From a virus, in the IMG/VR virus record IMGVR_UViG_3300022689_000474, positions 1-64,000 of that record: a stretch of 64,000 nt of DNA. One strand, 5' to 3'. The position numbers were made by a program, and so were the translations under genes. Position 1 is the stretch's first letter. The number at the start of each line of letters is the position of its first letter. The notes under the pieces are model-generated. The model ran no database searches, had not been told where the DNA came from, and saw only the letters and a list, made by a program, of their open reading frames with translations. Shown piece after piece: positions 28,001 to 34,969 of the stretch.

Positions 28001-30522
28001 CATCAGGATCTGAGATGGGATTATTTGCATTAATGGAATTATCTAGTTTAGAGGCAAAAAGAGAAGAATTATTAAGTTCTAATATGAATAGTACTTTAAG
28101 GATTAAGGAAATAGAGTCGGGAATAGGTCAAGGGGTAAGTACTAATATAGTAAGTTTTGATAATAAAGATTATCAAATAGAAAATAATTTCTATGCTATA
28201 AATTATGGAGATCCTTACTCTTCAGCATTTAGAGATAAGAATTCAGTATCAAGGAGTTTAAGAGAAGACTTTGGTTTATCTTCAGAACAATTTAATAGAT
28301 TAGCAGTAGAGATTCATAAAAATACTAAAAGAGAAAGTGTAAATGCATTTGAGATAGCTTCTTTAAAAGCAACTAGAGATCTACAATCTTTAATAATAAG
28401 TTATCAATATCATAATTTAATGGAAGGGTCATTAACTGAAGAATCAGTTTCAGCTGGAGGATCTCAAGTATTAGAATCTACTTATGGAAGATATTTACAA
28501 GAAGGAAGAAATATAACTGATCCAAATGCTCTCAAGAGTGGAATCAATTCATTTAGGAATAGATCTTTATCTATAAACGAGATGGATGATTTTGATAATT
28601 GGATAAAAGGGAAGATATCTTCTGATTCTCGTATAAGTTATATAGGTAGTACTATATTAGGAGTTAGTGAGGAAGAGTTTAATACTAATTTTATCAATGG
28701 TACGGATAAACATTTAATGAAGAATAGAGCAGCTTTCCTAGCTGTAGCAGAACAAGGACTTACAGCTACAAGTGGAATGTTAGGGAATTATGGTGAAGGT
28801 ATGGAAAGATTTACATCATTTGAGACTGCTAGGAAAAAAACAGGTATGTTATTAGCTGGTTCTTCAGAGCATATGCCAGACGAAGTTTTAGGATCTGATT
28901 TATGGATGACCGTAATGAACTTAATGTCTTCTGATAAGTTAAAACCCCATGCAGCTTCAGCCGCTTTTAGAATTATAGCCGAGGCAGATAGTTTATTTTC
29001 TACTGATTCAGATGCTTTAGTAACTCTTATATCAGGTATAGATGAAAATGATAATGTAATATATAACCAAGGTACTGATACTTTTACTCAAAAAGGTCCT
29101 AATAGTAAACAGAGGAAGTTTAGGAAAGCAATGAGAGCCTTATTAACAAATAATAACTTAAGTTCTATAGAAGTAGAAGGAACAGTATTTGAATCAGATG
29201 GAGAAAAGAATGCAGTATTTAATTATTTAAATACAATGATTGAAGAGTCGGCTACTAGTATGAGGAATAAAGCTTTAGAAGAATTTATACAAAGATCAAC
29301 AGGTAGATCAGATCTTATATTTGGAGACCCTTCAGAAATAATAAATAAAGTTATAGATGATACTAAAGTAACTCCAGAACAAAAGAAGGAATTAGAAGAT
29401 CAATTATCAATGTCTTTAGAGGAATTAAAATATGAAAGAATAAAGAATCATATCGGTGGAATAGATCCTTTAGGTAAACCTATGACACCCCGTAATATAA
29501 ATATGGAGATAAGTAAAAGGTTGACTCTTGAAAGTATGAGTAAAGCTCAAGAGAACTCCAATAAGGTGGCATCAATGCATGATATGATATTACCGGGTTT
29601 ATTAAGTGTTGTAGGTGGAGCTATATTAGGAGGTAGATTAGATGAAGAAGTAGTTGGAGATATAGTTGGAGGTACAATAATGTCTATGGCTTATATGAAA
29701 CAAAGTCGTATATTTCAACCAGTAGAAGATAGACCTGATGGTTCATATCCAAGGAATTCTAGTTCTAGACAGGGTATCAATAATACAAGGGGGATTTTAT
29801 CTACATTAAAGAATAAAGGGACAGGTATAACTAAGAATTTAGCCAATATAGGTGTAGGAGCATTAAGTGCGGGTACATTTAAGATAGATATGGCATTGAT
29901 GCAACATGAAGGAGATCATGGAGATGCTATGGCCTATTTAATAGGGACAGAATTAGGATTTGCAGTAGGATCAAATTTAGTTAGTCCTTTAGTTGAAGGT
30001 GCGGCTACTAAATTAAGTACAGCACATCTAGATGCTCTTCACTCAAGAGCTAGAAATTATGAAGCGGCTAGATTAACCTCTGGTCAAAGAACAGAATATT
30101 TATTAAAAGGAACAGCTGGTGTATTAGATGAAGATCAATTTGCTGGAGTAAAATCTTCATTCTCAACAGTAGGTGGAGCTATATTATCTGGATTGTTAGG
30201 TATAGCTTCTGCAAAACTTGGTGGATCAGTAGCTGTTGATTTACTTAATTCAAATGGAGATTTCTCTGAAATAGCCTTAGTGGAGGGTCTAATGAATGCA
30301 GTAGATATGAATAAATATAAGGCAGAAAAAGAAGCTTTCTTAAGACAAGATTCACCTGATGTTACAGATGAATTTGGATATCCAGTTGATCAATACTTAA
30401 GTAAAGTTGATCTAATGGAAGATTACTCTGGAGATGCTATATCTCCTGATTCCCCAATACCAATAGAATATCTATTAGATCAAGAAGCTGCAATGAATGG
30501 ACAGACTTTATTCTATGGATGA
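16006..30522 (+). CDS. giant 4838-aa protein: tandem PLD domains + single-chain two-barrel RNA polymerase + Gly/Ala-rich hydrophobic C-terminus (candidate virion RNAP)
   Basis: HPKLFTSD..GSFN (17272-17322); HVK..GSSN (18430-18534); MAGKIRLAG (about 24170); GFRSPP (R at 26386); LLNP..LGDFDGDP (DFDGD at 26569-26583). Confidence 0.75.
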   Translation: MFGIFNRNSNPDPNNLNSHLSSNMGVDKGLDLGYIQHGTDTALRGAVFFDYFFNNNRNINDSYDPYVNIGHSLNKEEVQRMQYMKYHSKDRTQNPNLELQEHARIALASNAFTSFSADLYNVTLSGTKVINRVINKSTPQYDFSSLSPLERERREREVDKYAASNIYRYLFAHDTYETAGKKIFKNLNVMDPKLIEQSTEYGTEYDGISQGRWLINNILNAEERSSIANVAKIHQELILLDPERLSKSRKGVYSNPIEAVKQVSDRIIQDKEYLSKPGIRQAVAFIESAEKELTIDLFQLQNKAISDVLINKLTREKDRIAKGDFKFKIRLGAPTGGDRENLIGHHILGPNIIIMQRLGNLRDEILFDQLGYRSRPNNNINEIVPFFSQVDMTSSYNESKKNEVDKILSDSFSLEFMDDGMYHPKLFTSDKVAMVGSFNLTSPVGSSIFQSGSNYEEIQVLRNRLNLDYDKAEQKVNDYMTDPSKVNIQDFVNRVANKEKKSRYGNRGLNPQEKELLDKDTVETMLYLQARILSKMGVQSPTGGGSITGLQIGKAGDIGQALRASIGFLQSDKIRGDGRVSEMYMNLNQVWLLQLDNDLFYGAGGDFTGEFGPSGKGREEAIKELKRLRPPVDDSGMASRRFIYKSEVQSGLFDLIHQGRAFISVDQRTYRDKILTPMEEKVNYLLGRKEIERRRKEEGFSLSIDSIKRQEISEIGKGVLLRDYDGSMAYLVRKAGNDDNLRRTLGLSKPQQPGDLGSYNYQNSSMLFEGRKDLSTMNHIHETSILRTLSQLKAVTSGQIVPVTETMSHVKNFMVIERSRGQSYDPVTGEGITPLSYVSGSSNFGSSSLAFEEGDKDYVSSESGLILLGDKIRNSRDSKKYLSDKDKTAGLSDEYEELMLKARAKFPIREWKRLTNVEMGNFDYTGATRESVWNDRVSRQGLEQVKKRIERINEDLGTNAISLIPSYDSKGDLSYYTIKFSNSSAVGSSFNSMYMGSSNEIKYRVTVLKDIKGQPGFVYMIDQNKVLGNTRLMNQTDESVYGLPYALEEGQKYRRIEAGESLELNPLDTFANLMGTLLGESSFRTMVEEPMRYIKVLSGSTLKSKYLSSSNYTTASVAGLGYLRFLGTGIASNIEGKNSKGIFEFFNKLDARMAHEISREFYSKHISLTAEGRKGLEMSAGLFDPTDMNNSRTAERHSIINALSSIAVLNEKIQEAKKHNIRGIGKIQSERNQHISFILNQFDNILGRQERSTFESDISLGVIESLRDITYYQGRDNNIKQIKQSIFEPFISLGQASIYANSQAWYKNPIFALSPYSIEYFKEGTNISENPSMNNIMRYALASPYSYSSTDPTGKGTEGFIRSVAEGGGGKTTEEEGYSLFGDMKTTFGDITSIDILKYTGTGNIVKRSEYENTVIKKLYLEYQATVSNGIINISLEDFTQQLQSDNPMGALQPYKDIFKRLIQDTPFKDESIDRALVFNFNVPKKASQIPQRLKNVLGSKPMYEMDSGFSILLRKKGVLTSTEMKYFKKFLEQKHRLNRTKLQESIKKINKLSKSSYSLSPDQYLEAIIVSRQVELMKARINNNNTNILTHSKNTKRIISNVLSLIEEDLFNTGIDSFVRKAEELIWNDKSNSKTKEREKIKALEFIKEAYQDVNQLVGESSKVSIINDSDLRNYMTSDQHEIVEGLKDNLSEIYGFDRDEYMDHGSLARASLLNILKMNDSLASGIKGFTTGRTTVKGKKSVILVQLSGGFSDYGFTNPLYGSDINFLKEARKKMKNETYKNPLTNKEIELTDWSNLSREDKMKLGMMSGFLEKAEKRQKSSMLVEDWFIQGNRVARKGDIVTYDNESNRVLVWGDKRDIYNSMIPLDKIDMEKISRADRENLKKAAIGDAKAAYYFREDVDSRDQASAIAGTIDNFRVIDDLPTVSLLERQAWHRNSEESYEYLISAKQLSGVADTNQLIWEFTYNRSIMMGGGRRGEGTSSLVKAVNVFLQPNIFERLAASLNEFGGGTLKADPLSIENIMGLYSPTNFKSYAYSHGAEILSNKELRENFMAQLGVRNKRGVNEISSKQLGALMLLTFGDTYLEDSSKKNIYSDFFGSALSGELGEWMKGLALSSVLSTGKDITLNQNEISRLMSGALLNDDSDLKKLMVSNFQSMVSKKSKDLFGSMQLPSIDMIDSKKFELSFTQGGDYMKKFLSRQLGAMADLDRDYILGDVMEERMASIMVGNLELMSQLIAQDTSTVVPTDINVEDNKTLIKLLSISGYQDIGRIQDITIRMDNNLQVQREEREYVDSMREILKGLTNTSNIVRLYGSVLPSASKEAVGSKLTGALEFQHMVKPLYQFSSSFTNKGELSDLRKVLGNVLSTISQTESMITGEAILRRNDLLTGRPVDISDMNSLSSLDRHKFIGINTAYDPESIKQLRELKRDYRDYEEGIKYIIADKVKQLNNLQGDSSLNRLKRLELTSEISDLMTLQPDFLYEGRAGYMDEEIEYLTVKWDKSQKDGEVRMRRGTQTKRIKSIVRSYMKSNKGKKIYSRKGTELNILESLEAVSGRMAIDIGRVQQALNPDTPFGMGTIQPVLEGLDYRSFSFSLPSFMVEGQDESGGVSLSFDYSDKAKRYSYLMGASELQLLGDQYGSYVEELTAKTIYLASAFAPGSNLSIIMDKIKRSKLSGDSRVSLTKEEYTLWQRYYETAVGNRGIVPLLAEASANVRSQQVMAGKIRLAGIVTTPAASFLVNPGDILLAQEGERRQIHMSENRYTLYREAISKEAQFQRIMSDENELAKYGRGSISRVIDYYSSLQSAMLYGLSEPATLNLSKFSDEFTKLNEKIDKYSNKDFDKVAEHLSNQIARLNDMDLSLISPEEGKGDSYLKNLQEVSSIYLRRKLERKLFSSTTNITSKQKVGLIRGIKALESQVLETTSKEVENYISLKKLGLADAIEGIQNVFQGTSQVSQYAVSKLEMLDRLKRGVFSDKSVRRVINPDGSIRESMNIDTLNFKVEEGLARSVSSEKLLQDIKGMYDVLYTTDLYDKQNRISSQYSSNLNSKNLSILQSTSKSITELRDTNKNNLRINSSTLNDYQKGLASISLEVAEIMNEDINYLLTGKKTNSSNDLISRLENRLKQYGTYQKGTTERTIYDTMLKKVVEDIEDKRKNSEVFGMGEVTDLISKNINKEIGRISREVSSKRYLLKEGRELEQKVKNNEDVNWNQFTEFLQALEKNKYTDPEITELYNSLKSQVRSVLTAGRRFLEDPLSKLLKDIPTLATGVLGGRDKFAISEFELEGKLRKRVSPFKIDKELLRDSARYTDEDISFLTFYTKEVFNQFETVNEHLRQVSEGTHKATDTYTSMVSEKSRDSFLKLTKSVEAISNTLEELQSSRQINVTDDRLKDILSVYTAEIPGMESSSVEINKRLGKARDLLTGNRKGNTVDAYGLVNVFQEILNTYDNTDAMRVLGFRSPPPGGNEPQRYTLEVLKDISLINEYSRAVNPQGGVEYDQGRNKTLTLLNPISLLTMSLGDFDGDPYTTIYSNFMDLHREVYNTEVKVKFKEEIQLKKIESLISRKSAISGLSLNENDIKDYISNNQSTLEEEDNTLLNEWLSKKAEIASHRKDISVTNLKITAMNRELENSNFNKALRREISNYIGVNQKHFLSVDNGGYRDVDISTDVALTFIEQGRGLFGGLEEKAPEAVRVNDTLKSIFKLYPNNNVSVPNRPNPSTGTYDIEAFRKIIESSDNNEILTTLRDKITNSLYASNNNQNNGALYSLLLLSQESLQSQMNQAGSTASNNSLDPLIRELRESRNFLQNEGKVSTGTLNDKDIEEILAYTSARAMTQASSLGGLKGMLAQSTGTSMDFQTSDMMVLTMGKAGSDVLGKIYNTFIGAIYRDSPLIATSHVMTQGGFLESIRNNQQMRDTIALEGLTVDDFVSELKSSQETTESLHGFIKDINQLLRDGIKPKGGQDLLENLKKQAAVYETLQDPADKEALITKIASSFGPSGSEMGLFALMELSSLEAKREELLSSNMNSTLRIKEIESGIGQGVSTNIVSFDNKDYQIENNFYAINYGDPYSSAFRDKNSVSRSLREDFGLSSEQFNRLAVEIHKNTKRESVNAFEIASLKATRDLQSLIISYQYHNLMEGSLTEESVSAGGSQVLESTYGRYLQEGRNITDPNALKSGINSFRNRSLSINEMDDFDNWIKGKISSDSRISYIGSTILGVSEEEFNTNFINGTDKHLMKNRAAFLAVAEQGLTATSGMLGNYGEGMERFTSFETARKKTGMLLAGSSEHMPDEVLGSDLWMTVMNLMSSDKLKPHAASAAFRIIAEADSLFSTDSDALVTLISGIDENDNVIYNQGTDTFTQKGPNSKQRKFRKAMRALLTNNNLSSIEVEGTVFESDGEKNAVFNYLNTMIEESATSMRNKALEEFIQRSTGRSDLIFGDPSEIINKVIDDTKVTPEQKKELEDQLSMSLEELKYERIKNHIGGIDPLGKPMTPRNINMEISKRLTLESMSKAQENSNKVASMHDMILPGLLSVVGGAILGGRLDEEVVGDIVGGTIMSMAYMKQSRIFQPVEDRPDGSYPRNSSSRQGINNTRGILSTLKNKGTGITKNLANIGVGALSAGTFKIDMALMQHEGDHGDAMAYLIGTELGFAVGSNLVSPLVEGAATKLSTAHLDALHSRARNYEAARLTSGQRTEYLLKGTAGVLDEDQFAGVKSSFSTVGGAILSGLLGIASAKLGGSVAVDLLNSNGDFSEIALVEGLMNAVDMNKYKAEKEAFLRQDSPDVTDEFGYPVDQYLSKVDLMEDYSGDAISPDSPIPIEYLLDQEAAMNGQTLFYG

Positions 30523-30836
30523 TTAAGATCTTTTAAATAACTTAAGAGATAAAATAGGACATTATTTCTTAGTCTTTTATTATCTCTTTCTATAAGTAAA
30601 TGATTACACATACAAATTAATTTTTTATGTGTTTTATTGAAGTAAGCTATTTCTAAATCAAAAGGGGTAGTATATTGAGATGTAATAATATTTATAGAAT
30701 ATTCTTCACAAAAGTTAACTATATCTTCTTTAGTATCTAGATAAGTGCAAGTAATTATATCTTTTATATTTATTAATCTGATATATATTAATAATGTATC
30801 TAATATTTCGAGGCTTTCATTATTTTCTGATATCAT
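30513..30836 (-). CDS. hypothetical protein
   Basis: 107-aa ORF convergent with the giant gene. Confidence 0.55.
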   Translation of the reverse strand: MISENNESLEILDTLLIYIRLINIKDIITCTYLDTKEDIVNFCEEYSINIITSQYTTPFDLEIAYFNKTHKKLICMCNHLLIERDNKRLRNNVLFYLLSYLKDLNHP

Positions 30837-30850
30837 TATTTATTCTTTAT

Positions 30851-31147
30851 TTAATACCAATCTTTTTTTATTTTATTTAATATGAAATTTAAGAATAGAA
30901 AAAATCTCCTACACTCTTTTATATAGATAGTACTAACACCTCTTAATAATTCATTTTTCATGATGTATCTAGCTCTTATTAGACTGTTTACATCTCTAAA
31001 TTTATAAAACTCAATTATCTCTTTAGAAATTTCAGATTTACTCCTTTTAGTTTTTATTGATTCCTTCTCTATGAATTCAATAAGTTTATAGATATAATAT
31101 TCTTTAATTGCAGGGTCTTTCTCTTTAATAAAGTAATTAGCTTTCAT
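30851..31147 (-). CDS. hypothetical protein
   Basis: 98-aa ORF. Confidence 0.55.
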   Translation of the reverse strand: MKANYFIKEKDPAIKEYYIYKLIEFIEKESIKTKRSKSEISKEIIEFYKFRDVNSLIRARYIMKNELLRGVSTIYIKECRRFFLFLNFILNKIKKDWY

Positions 31148-31973
31148 AAATTCTTTCAGTTAAAGTATCTAGATTTAATTGATCAAAACTTCTTTCTACA
31201 TAATACTCACTATCTTTATATTCTTGTGTATTAATAAAATTATCTTTAAAATGTTGTTTGCCAGGAGGTTTTAATCTTTTATTAAATTCAGTGTCTTTTA
31301 GATGTATTAAAGTATCTCTATAATTAATATCTTCTCCTAATGGATGGATCCTATCTGAACCTTGTACTTTTGTAGTACCATATTTTTTTATAGTTAACTC
31401 CTGATGTTCTTTTGTCAAAAGGATAGTTAAGTAATTATAAGTTACTGGACTTATTTTACCAGTATCTTTAGTTTCACCTCTATATTCTCTTATAAGAACT
31501 TTAAAGAAATCATTTGAATTTATACTAATACCTAATGCTTTATTAGGAAATATTTTAATTTTAGGGGAATCATATTCTTCAGTGATAGTATCTTCTAATC
31601 TATTATAAAATAGTTCTTCTTTAAGATATTTCAATCTAAATCTATCCCATTTATAGAATTGATTACTAGATCTATAATTATCCTCATAAAATTCTTTAGT
31701 AACTCTATAGAAATTCTTTCCTCCAAATAATGGATGGTCCTCTTCTAATTCAATTTCTACTACTTTCATTATTAATGGAGAAGGTTGTATTATCTCTTTA
31801 TATTCTCTAGTTGTTTGCTTTCCTACTATTACATTAGTACCTATATTCCAAACCATATCTAAAAATGGTATATATTCTTGTATTGTATCTGTAGAGAATC
31901 CTTCATCTATATTAGGTACTTCTACTTTTATTCCATTTATATTCTTAATTAAGTTCTTATTTGTTATACCCAT
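31137..31973 (-). CDS. hypothetical protein
   Basis: 278-aa ORF directly after the PAAR-like gene. Confidence 0.7.
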   Translation of the reverse strand: MGITNKNLIKNINGIKVEVPNIDEGFSTDTIQEYIPFLDMVWNIGTNVIVGKQTTREYKEIIQPSPLIMKVVEIELEEDHPLFGGKNFYRVTKEFYEDNYRSSNQFYKWDRFRLKYLKEELFYNRLEDTITEEYDSPKIKIFPNKALGISINSNDFFKVLIREYRGETKDTGKISPVTYNYLTILLTKEHQELTIKKYGTTKVQGSDRIHPLGEDINYRDTLIHLKDTEFNKRLKPPGKQHFKDNFINTQEYKDSEYYVERSFDQLNLDTLTERIYES

Positions 31974-31981
31974 ATTTAATA

Positions 31982-32239
31982 CTACGTTATATATGTTTCA
32001 AAATCACAAGTTAAAGTATAACCGGCAGTACATAGACCTACATGTATAGCTACACTCATATTGCATGCAAATACTGTAGCACTAGGAGTAGCTAAGAATC
32101 CTGCATAACATGAATCAGTTAGCCTACTAATAGGTTTACCATGAGAATATACAAACCAACATCCCATATATACTGGTCCAGTACCAGAATATGGATATGT
32201 TGCTACAGTTAAATCACCTACTCTCATTGGATGTGGCAT
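31982..32239 (-). CDS. PAAR-like spike-tip protein
   Basis: PMRVGD, VYSHGKPISRLTD, SATVF; about 85 aa with Cys/His residues. Confidence 0.7.
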   Translation of the reverse strand: MPHPMRVGDLTVATYPYSGTGPVYMGCWFVYSHGKPISRLTDSCYAGFLATPSATVFACNMSVAIHVGLCTAGYTLTCDFETYIT

Positions 32240-32645
32240 ATAATTTATCTTCAAATTCTTTTATTTCTTCGTAAACTTTTTTCTTATCTAAAAAATCTTT
32301 TATTATATCTTTTGGGTAAGTATCTTCCCATTCTTTTTTTCCCCATCCAAAAGGGCTTTCAAAAGAATCAATAATAAAAGGAGTACCATATGGATGAGAA
32401 AATATAATAGGTCCATTAGTAAAACATTTAAAACCTTTTTCCTCATTTATAAGTATAAATATATTATGTATCTTTATTAAAATACCTTCTTGAGAATCAG
32501 TAACTCTATCTAACCATACTTTAATAGATTTTAAATAATCATAATTCATTGAAGAATAGTTTTGTAAGTTGCTTAAATCTATTATTTCTATTTTTTTTAT
32601 TATCTTCCAAGTAATCTTTAATATATCTATTATATTTCTTATCAT
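32214..32645 (-). CDS. hypothetical protein
   Basis: 143-aa ORF overlapping the PAAR start. Confidence 0.65.
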   Translation of the reverse strand: MIRNIIDILKITWKIIKKIEIIDLSNLQNYSSMNYDYLKSIKVWLDRVTDSQEGILIKIHNIFILINEEKGFKCFTNGPIIFSHPYGTPFIIDSFESPFGWGKKEWEDTYPKDIIKDFLDKKKVYEEIKEFEDKLYATSNESR

Positions 32646-32726
32646 AATATTTTAAAGTATTTACCAAATGGTTCATGTTATTCATAATACATCACTTATT
32701 ATCTACATGTATATATATTATATTTA

Positions 32727-32747
32727 AAGCTTGGGTACCCCAAGCTT
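32727..32747. terminator. GC-cored hairpin next to a TTAA repeat tract
   Basis: AAGCTTGGG-tac-CCCAAGCTT in the intergenic gap. Confidence 0.55.
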
Positions 32748-32796
32748 AATTAATTAATTAATATATATTATAAGATATAAGATATACTTGATTTTA

Positions 32797-33309
32797 CTAT
32801 GTAAGAGAGTTATATATAGGATTATTCTCCTGTATAGAAGGTACAAATTGATCTTCTGATTCTTTATCTATTTTTATTTGAGAAACATCTATAAGAATTC
32901 CATCAGATCTAATATCACTAACCTCAGTATAAAAATGTTTACATTGATAATAAATAGGACTATATATATCTAACATTAAAGAATTTATGGAAGGATTTGT
33001 TTCTATATCAAACATTTTACCCTTTTCCAAATCCATAAGTTCATAGACAGAGGAACTAATTTCACCTCTATTTGTAAAGAATAAAGGGCCTAGTGGTTCC
33101 ATCATTCTAATACGACCTAATTTATTATAATCACTTTCTATACGGATTTTAGAGAATAGGTAGACTTTTTCTATTAAGACTCCATATACACTTATATTTA
33201 TCTTCCCATCTTTAGTCTTAGTGACTTTATTAATATCAGACCAGATACCTACCTTTCTAAAGGAATTATCATGTTTAACTAAAATTAATTTATCAATTAT
33301 TTTATTCAT
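32797..33309 (-). CDS. hypothetical protein
   Basis: 170-aa ORF. Confidence 0.65.
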   Translation of the reverse strand: MNKIIDKLILVKHDNSFRKVGIWSDINKVTKTKDGKINISVYGVLIEKVYLFSKIRIESDYNKLGRIRMMEPLGPLFFTNRGEISSSVYELMDLEKGKMFDIETNPSINSLMLDIYSPIYYQCKHFYTEVSDIRSDGILIDVSQIKIDKESEDQFVPSIQENNPIYNSLT

Positions 33310-33325
33310 ATTTACTCTTTTAGAT

Positions 33326-33344
33326 TATATATATATATATATAT
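33326..33344. repeat. (TA)9 microsatellite running into a start codon
   Basis: tatatatatatatatatat-g in the 33-nt gap between divergent genes. Confidence 0.9.
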
Positions 33345-34629
33345 GCATTATAACAATTTGGTCAATTTGGCACCTTTTAGTAGTATACTTGAGTATAGAC
33401 CTCAAGAGGATACTTTTTTTTATATAAGTGTGAGTAAGGGTTTAGAGGATTTTTATAATATCTCTTCAAAAGATTTTATTAATAAACCATTATATTTTTC
33501 AGTATCTAAAACTAGAGATATTGATATAGAAAAATGTCATGAAAAGTTTACTAATCTAATAATGACTTCTCTTCGTTATGGTTCTAGTATAGAGATATTA
33601 AAATTATCTACTTTCTTAAAAACTAAAAATAAAGAGAAGTTAGTATGTATTATTTCTTTAAGAATAAAAAATAATGTCTTATTAAACTTAGGATTTCCAA
33701 TATCTGAGTCTTTATTTTTAAAAAGTTCTACTAGGATTGATTTATTGAAAGATACTTTATCATCTATTCTAGATAATATAGATAGCAATATTATTATAAT
33801 AGATCAATCATTAAATATATTGTATGTAAACAGATATCTTAAAAATGATTATATGGATCATTCTTTCAAAGAGATAGTAGATGGTAATATATTCTCTGAT
33901 ATAAATAGATATATAGAAGATACAGTATCTATATATGACAAACCAAATATCTTTTGTAAAGAATACAATATAGATAATCTATCTTATAAGGTAAAAGTTA
34001 ATCCTATTTTGGAAGAAAGAGAATTAGTAAATATATTTATGATCATTATAGAAGACATTACAGAATATCAGAAATTAGTATTAAAAAGTAAAATATTACA
34101 AAAAGAGTTAGATATACAAAAAGATAAGATTGATATTATATTAAGAGGATATAAATCATCTAAAGAAGAGAGTATTAATGATAATCCCAATTTAGATTTA
34201 GTAAGAAGAATAACTACAGCTACAATAAAAGGTAAGGTGAAAAGTATAACTCCTATGGATCATCAACTTATTGGTATATTAAAAGATATAGAAGATATGA
34301 AGAAGGATCATGAAAGATTAATGAATAATATGTTAAATTCAGATGACAAGATATCTTCAAAAGTTTCAGAACTAGAATTATTTATAAATAAGACAGACCA
34401 TAATATTAAATCTATTGAGAAAGTTTTAAATAAATTGGAAAAAGAGATAGTATCTAGTGAAGACTTAACATTATTAAATGTATTATTAATGTCTCCTAAG
34501 AATCAACTGATAATTTTATTTATAATAATAATAATATCGGCGGTTTTATTAGAAGATATAGTTATAGAAAGAGTAAAAAATTATATATTAAATCCATCTT
34601 CTGTTATAGAAGAAATTCTAGAGGAATAG
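33343..34629 (+). CDS. PAS-domain protein with coiled coil and C-terminal transmembrane helix
   Basis: SILDNIDSNIIIIDQSLNILYVN...IIEDITEY is a typical PAS/PAC pattern; possible second PAS at the N-terminus; LIILFIIIIISAVLL TM segment. Confidence 0.7.
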   Translation: MHYNNLVNLAPFSSILEYRPQEDTFFYISVSKGLEDFYNISSKDFINKPLYFSVSKTRDIDIEKCHEKFTNLIMTSLRYGSSIEILKLSTFLKTKNKEKLVCIISLRIKNNVLLNLGFPISESLFLKSSTRIDLLKDTLSSILDNIDSNIIIIDQSLNILYVNRYLKNDYMDHSFKEIVDGNIFSDINRYIEDTVSIYDKPNIFCKEYNIDNLSYKVKVNPILEERELVNIFMIIIEDITEYQKLVLKSKILQKELDIQKDKIDIILRGYKSSKEESINDNPNLDLVRRITTATIKGKVKSITPMDHQLIGILKDIEDMKKDHERLMNNMLNSDDKISSKVSELELFINKTDHNIKSIEKVLNKLEKEIVSSEDLTLLNVLLMSPKNQLIILFIIIIISAVLLEDIVIERVKNYILNPSSVIEEILEE

Positions 34630-34969
34630 AAATTTCTTCTGTCTTATTTATAAAATCTTTCATTTTTTTATCTAATTTTAATTCCTTAGATAAAGAGTAT
34701 TTTACTCTTTTATTACTATTATGATTGGTTTTTAAAGATGGGTATTTAACTTTTAAGTAATTATCTAAAAGAATATATAATCCTTTTAATAATACTTCTT
34801 TCTCTGAGCATTGAAATTCTTCTGCTAATTTATCAATTACGAGTCTTTCTTTCTGTTGTAAACTAAGAATTATTTTTTCTTTATCTTTCTTTATTCTATA
34901 TTTATATATATTATCAATATAACTCTTATCATTATAAAATTTACTAAATTTTCTTATTTGTCTTTTCAT
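34604..34969 (-). CDS. putative ribbon-helix-helix DNA-binding protein
   Basis: IILSLQQKERLVIDKLAEEFQCSEKEVLLKGL has a CopG-like pattern. Confidence 0.5.
   Translation of the reverse strand: MKRQIRKFSKFYNDKSYIDNIYKYRIKKDKEKIILSLQQKERLVIDKLAEEFQCSEKEVLLKGLYILLDNYLKVKYPSLKTNHNSNKRVKYSLSKELKLDKKMKDFINKTEEISIPLEFLL

Noticed and set aside
16006-30522. Giant ORF as a plain tape-measure protein
   Set aside because: It carries ordered PLD and RNAP catalytic motifs and is not next to the tube or chaperone genes; only the C-terminus is tape-measure-like
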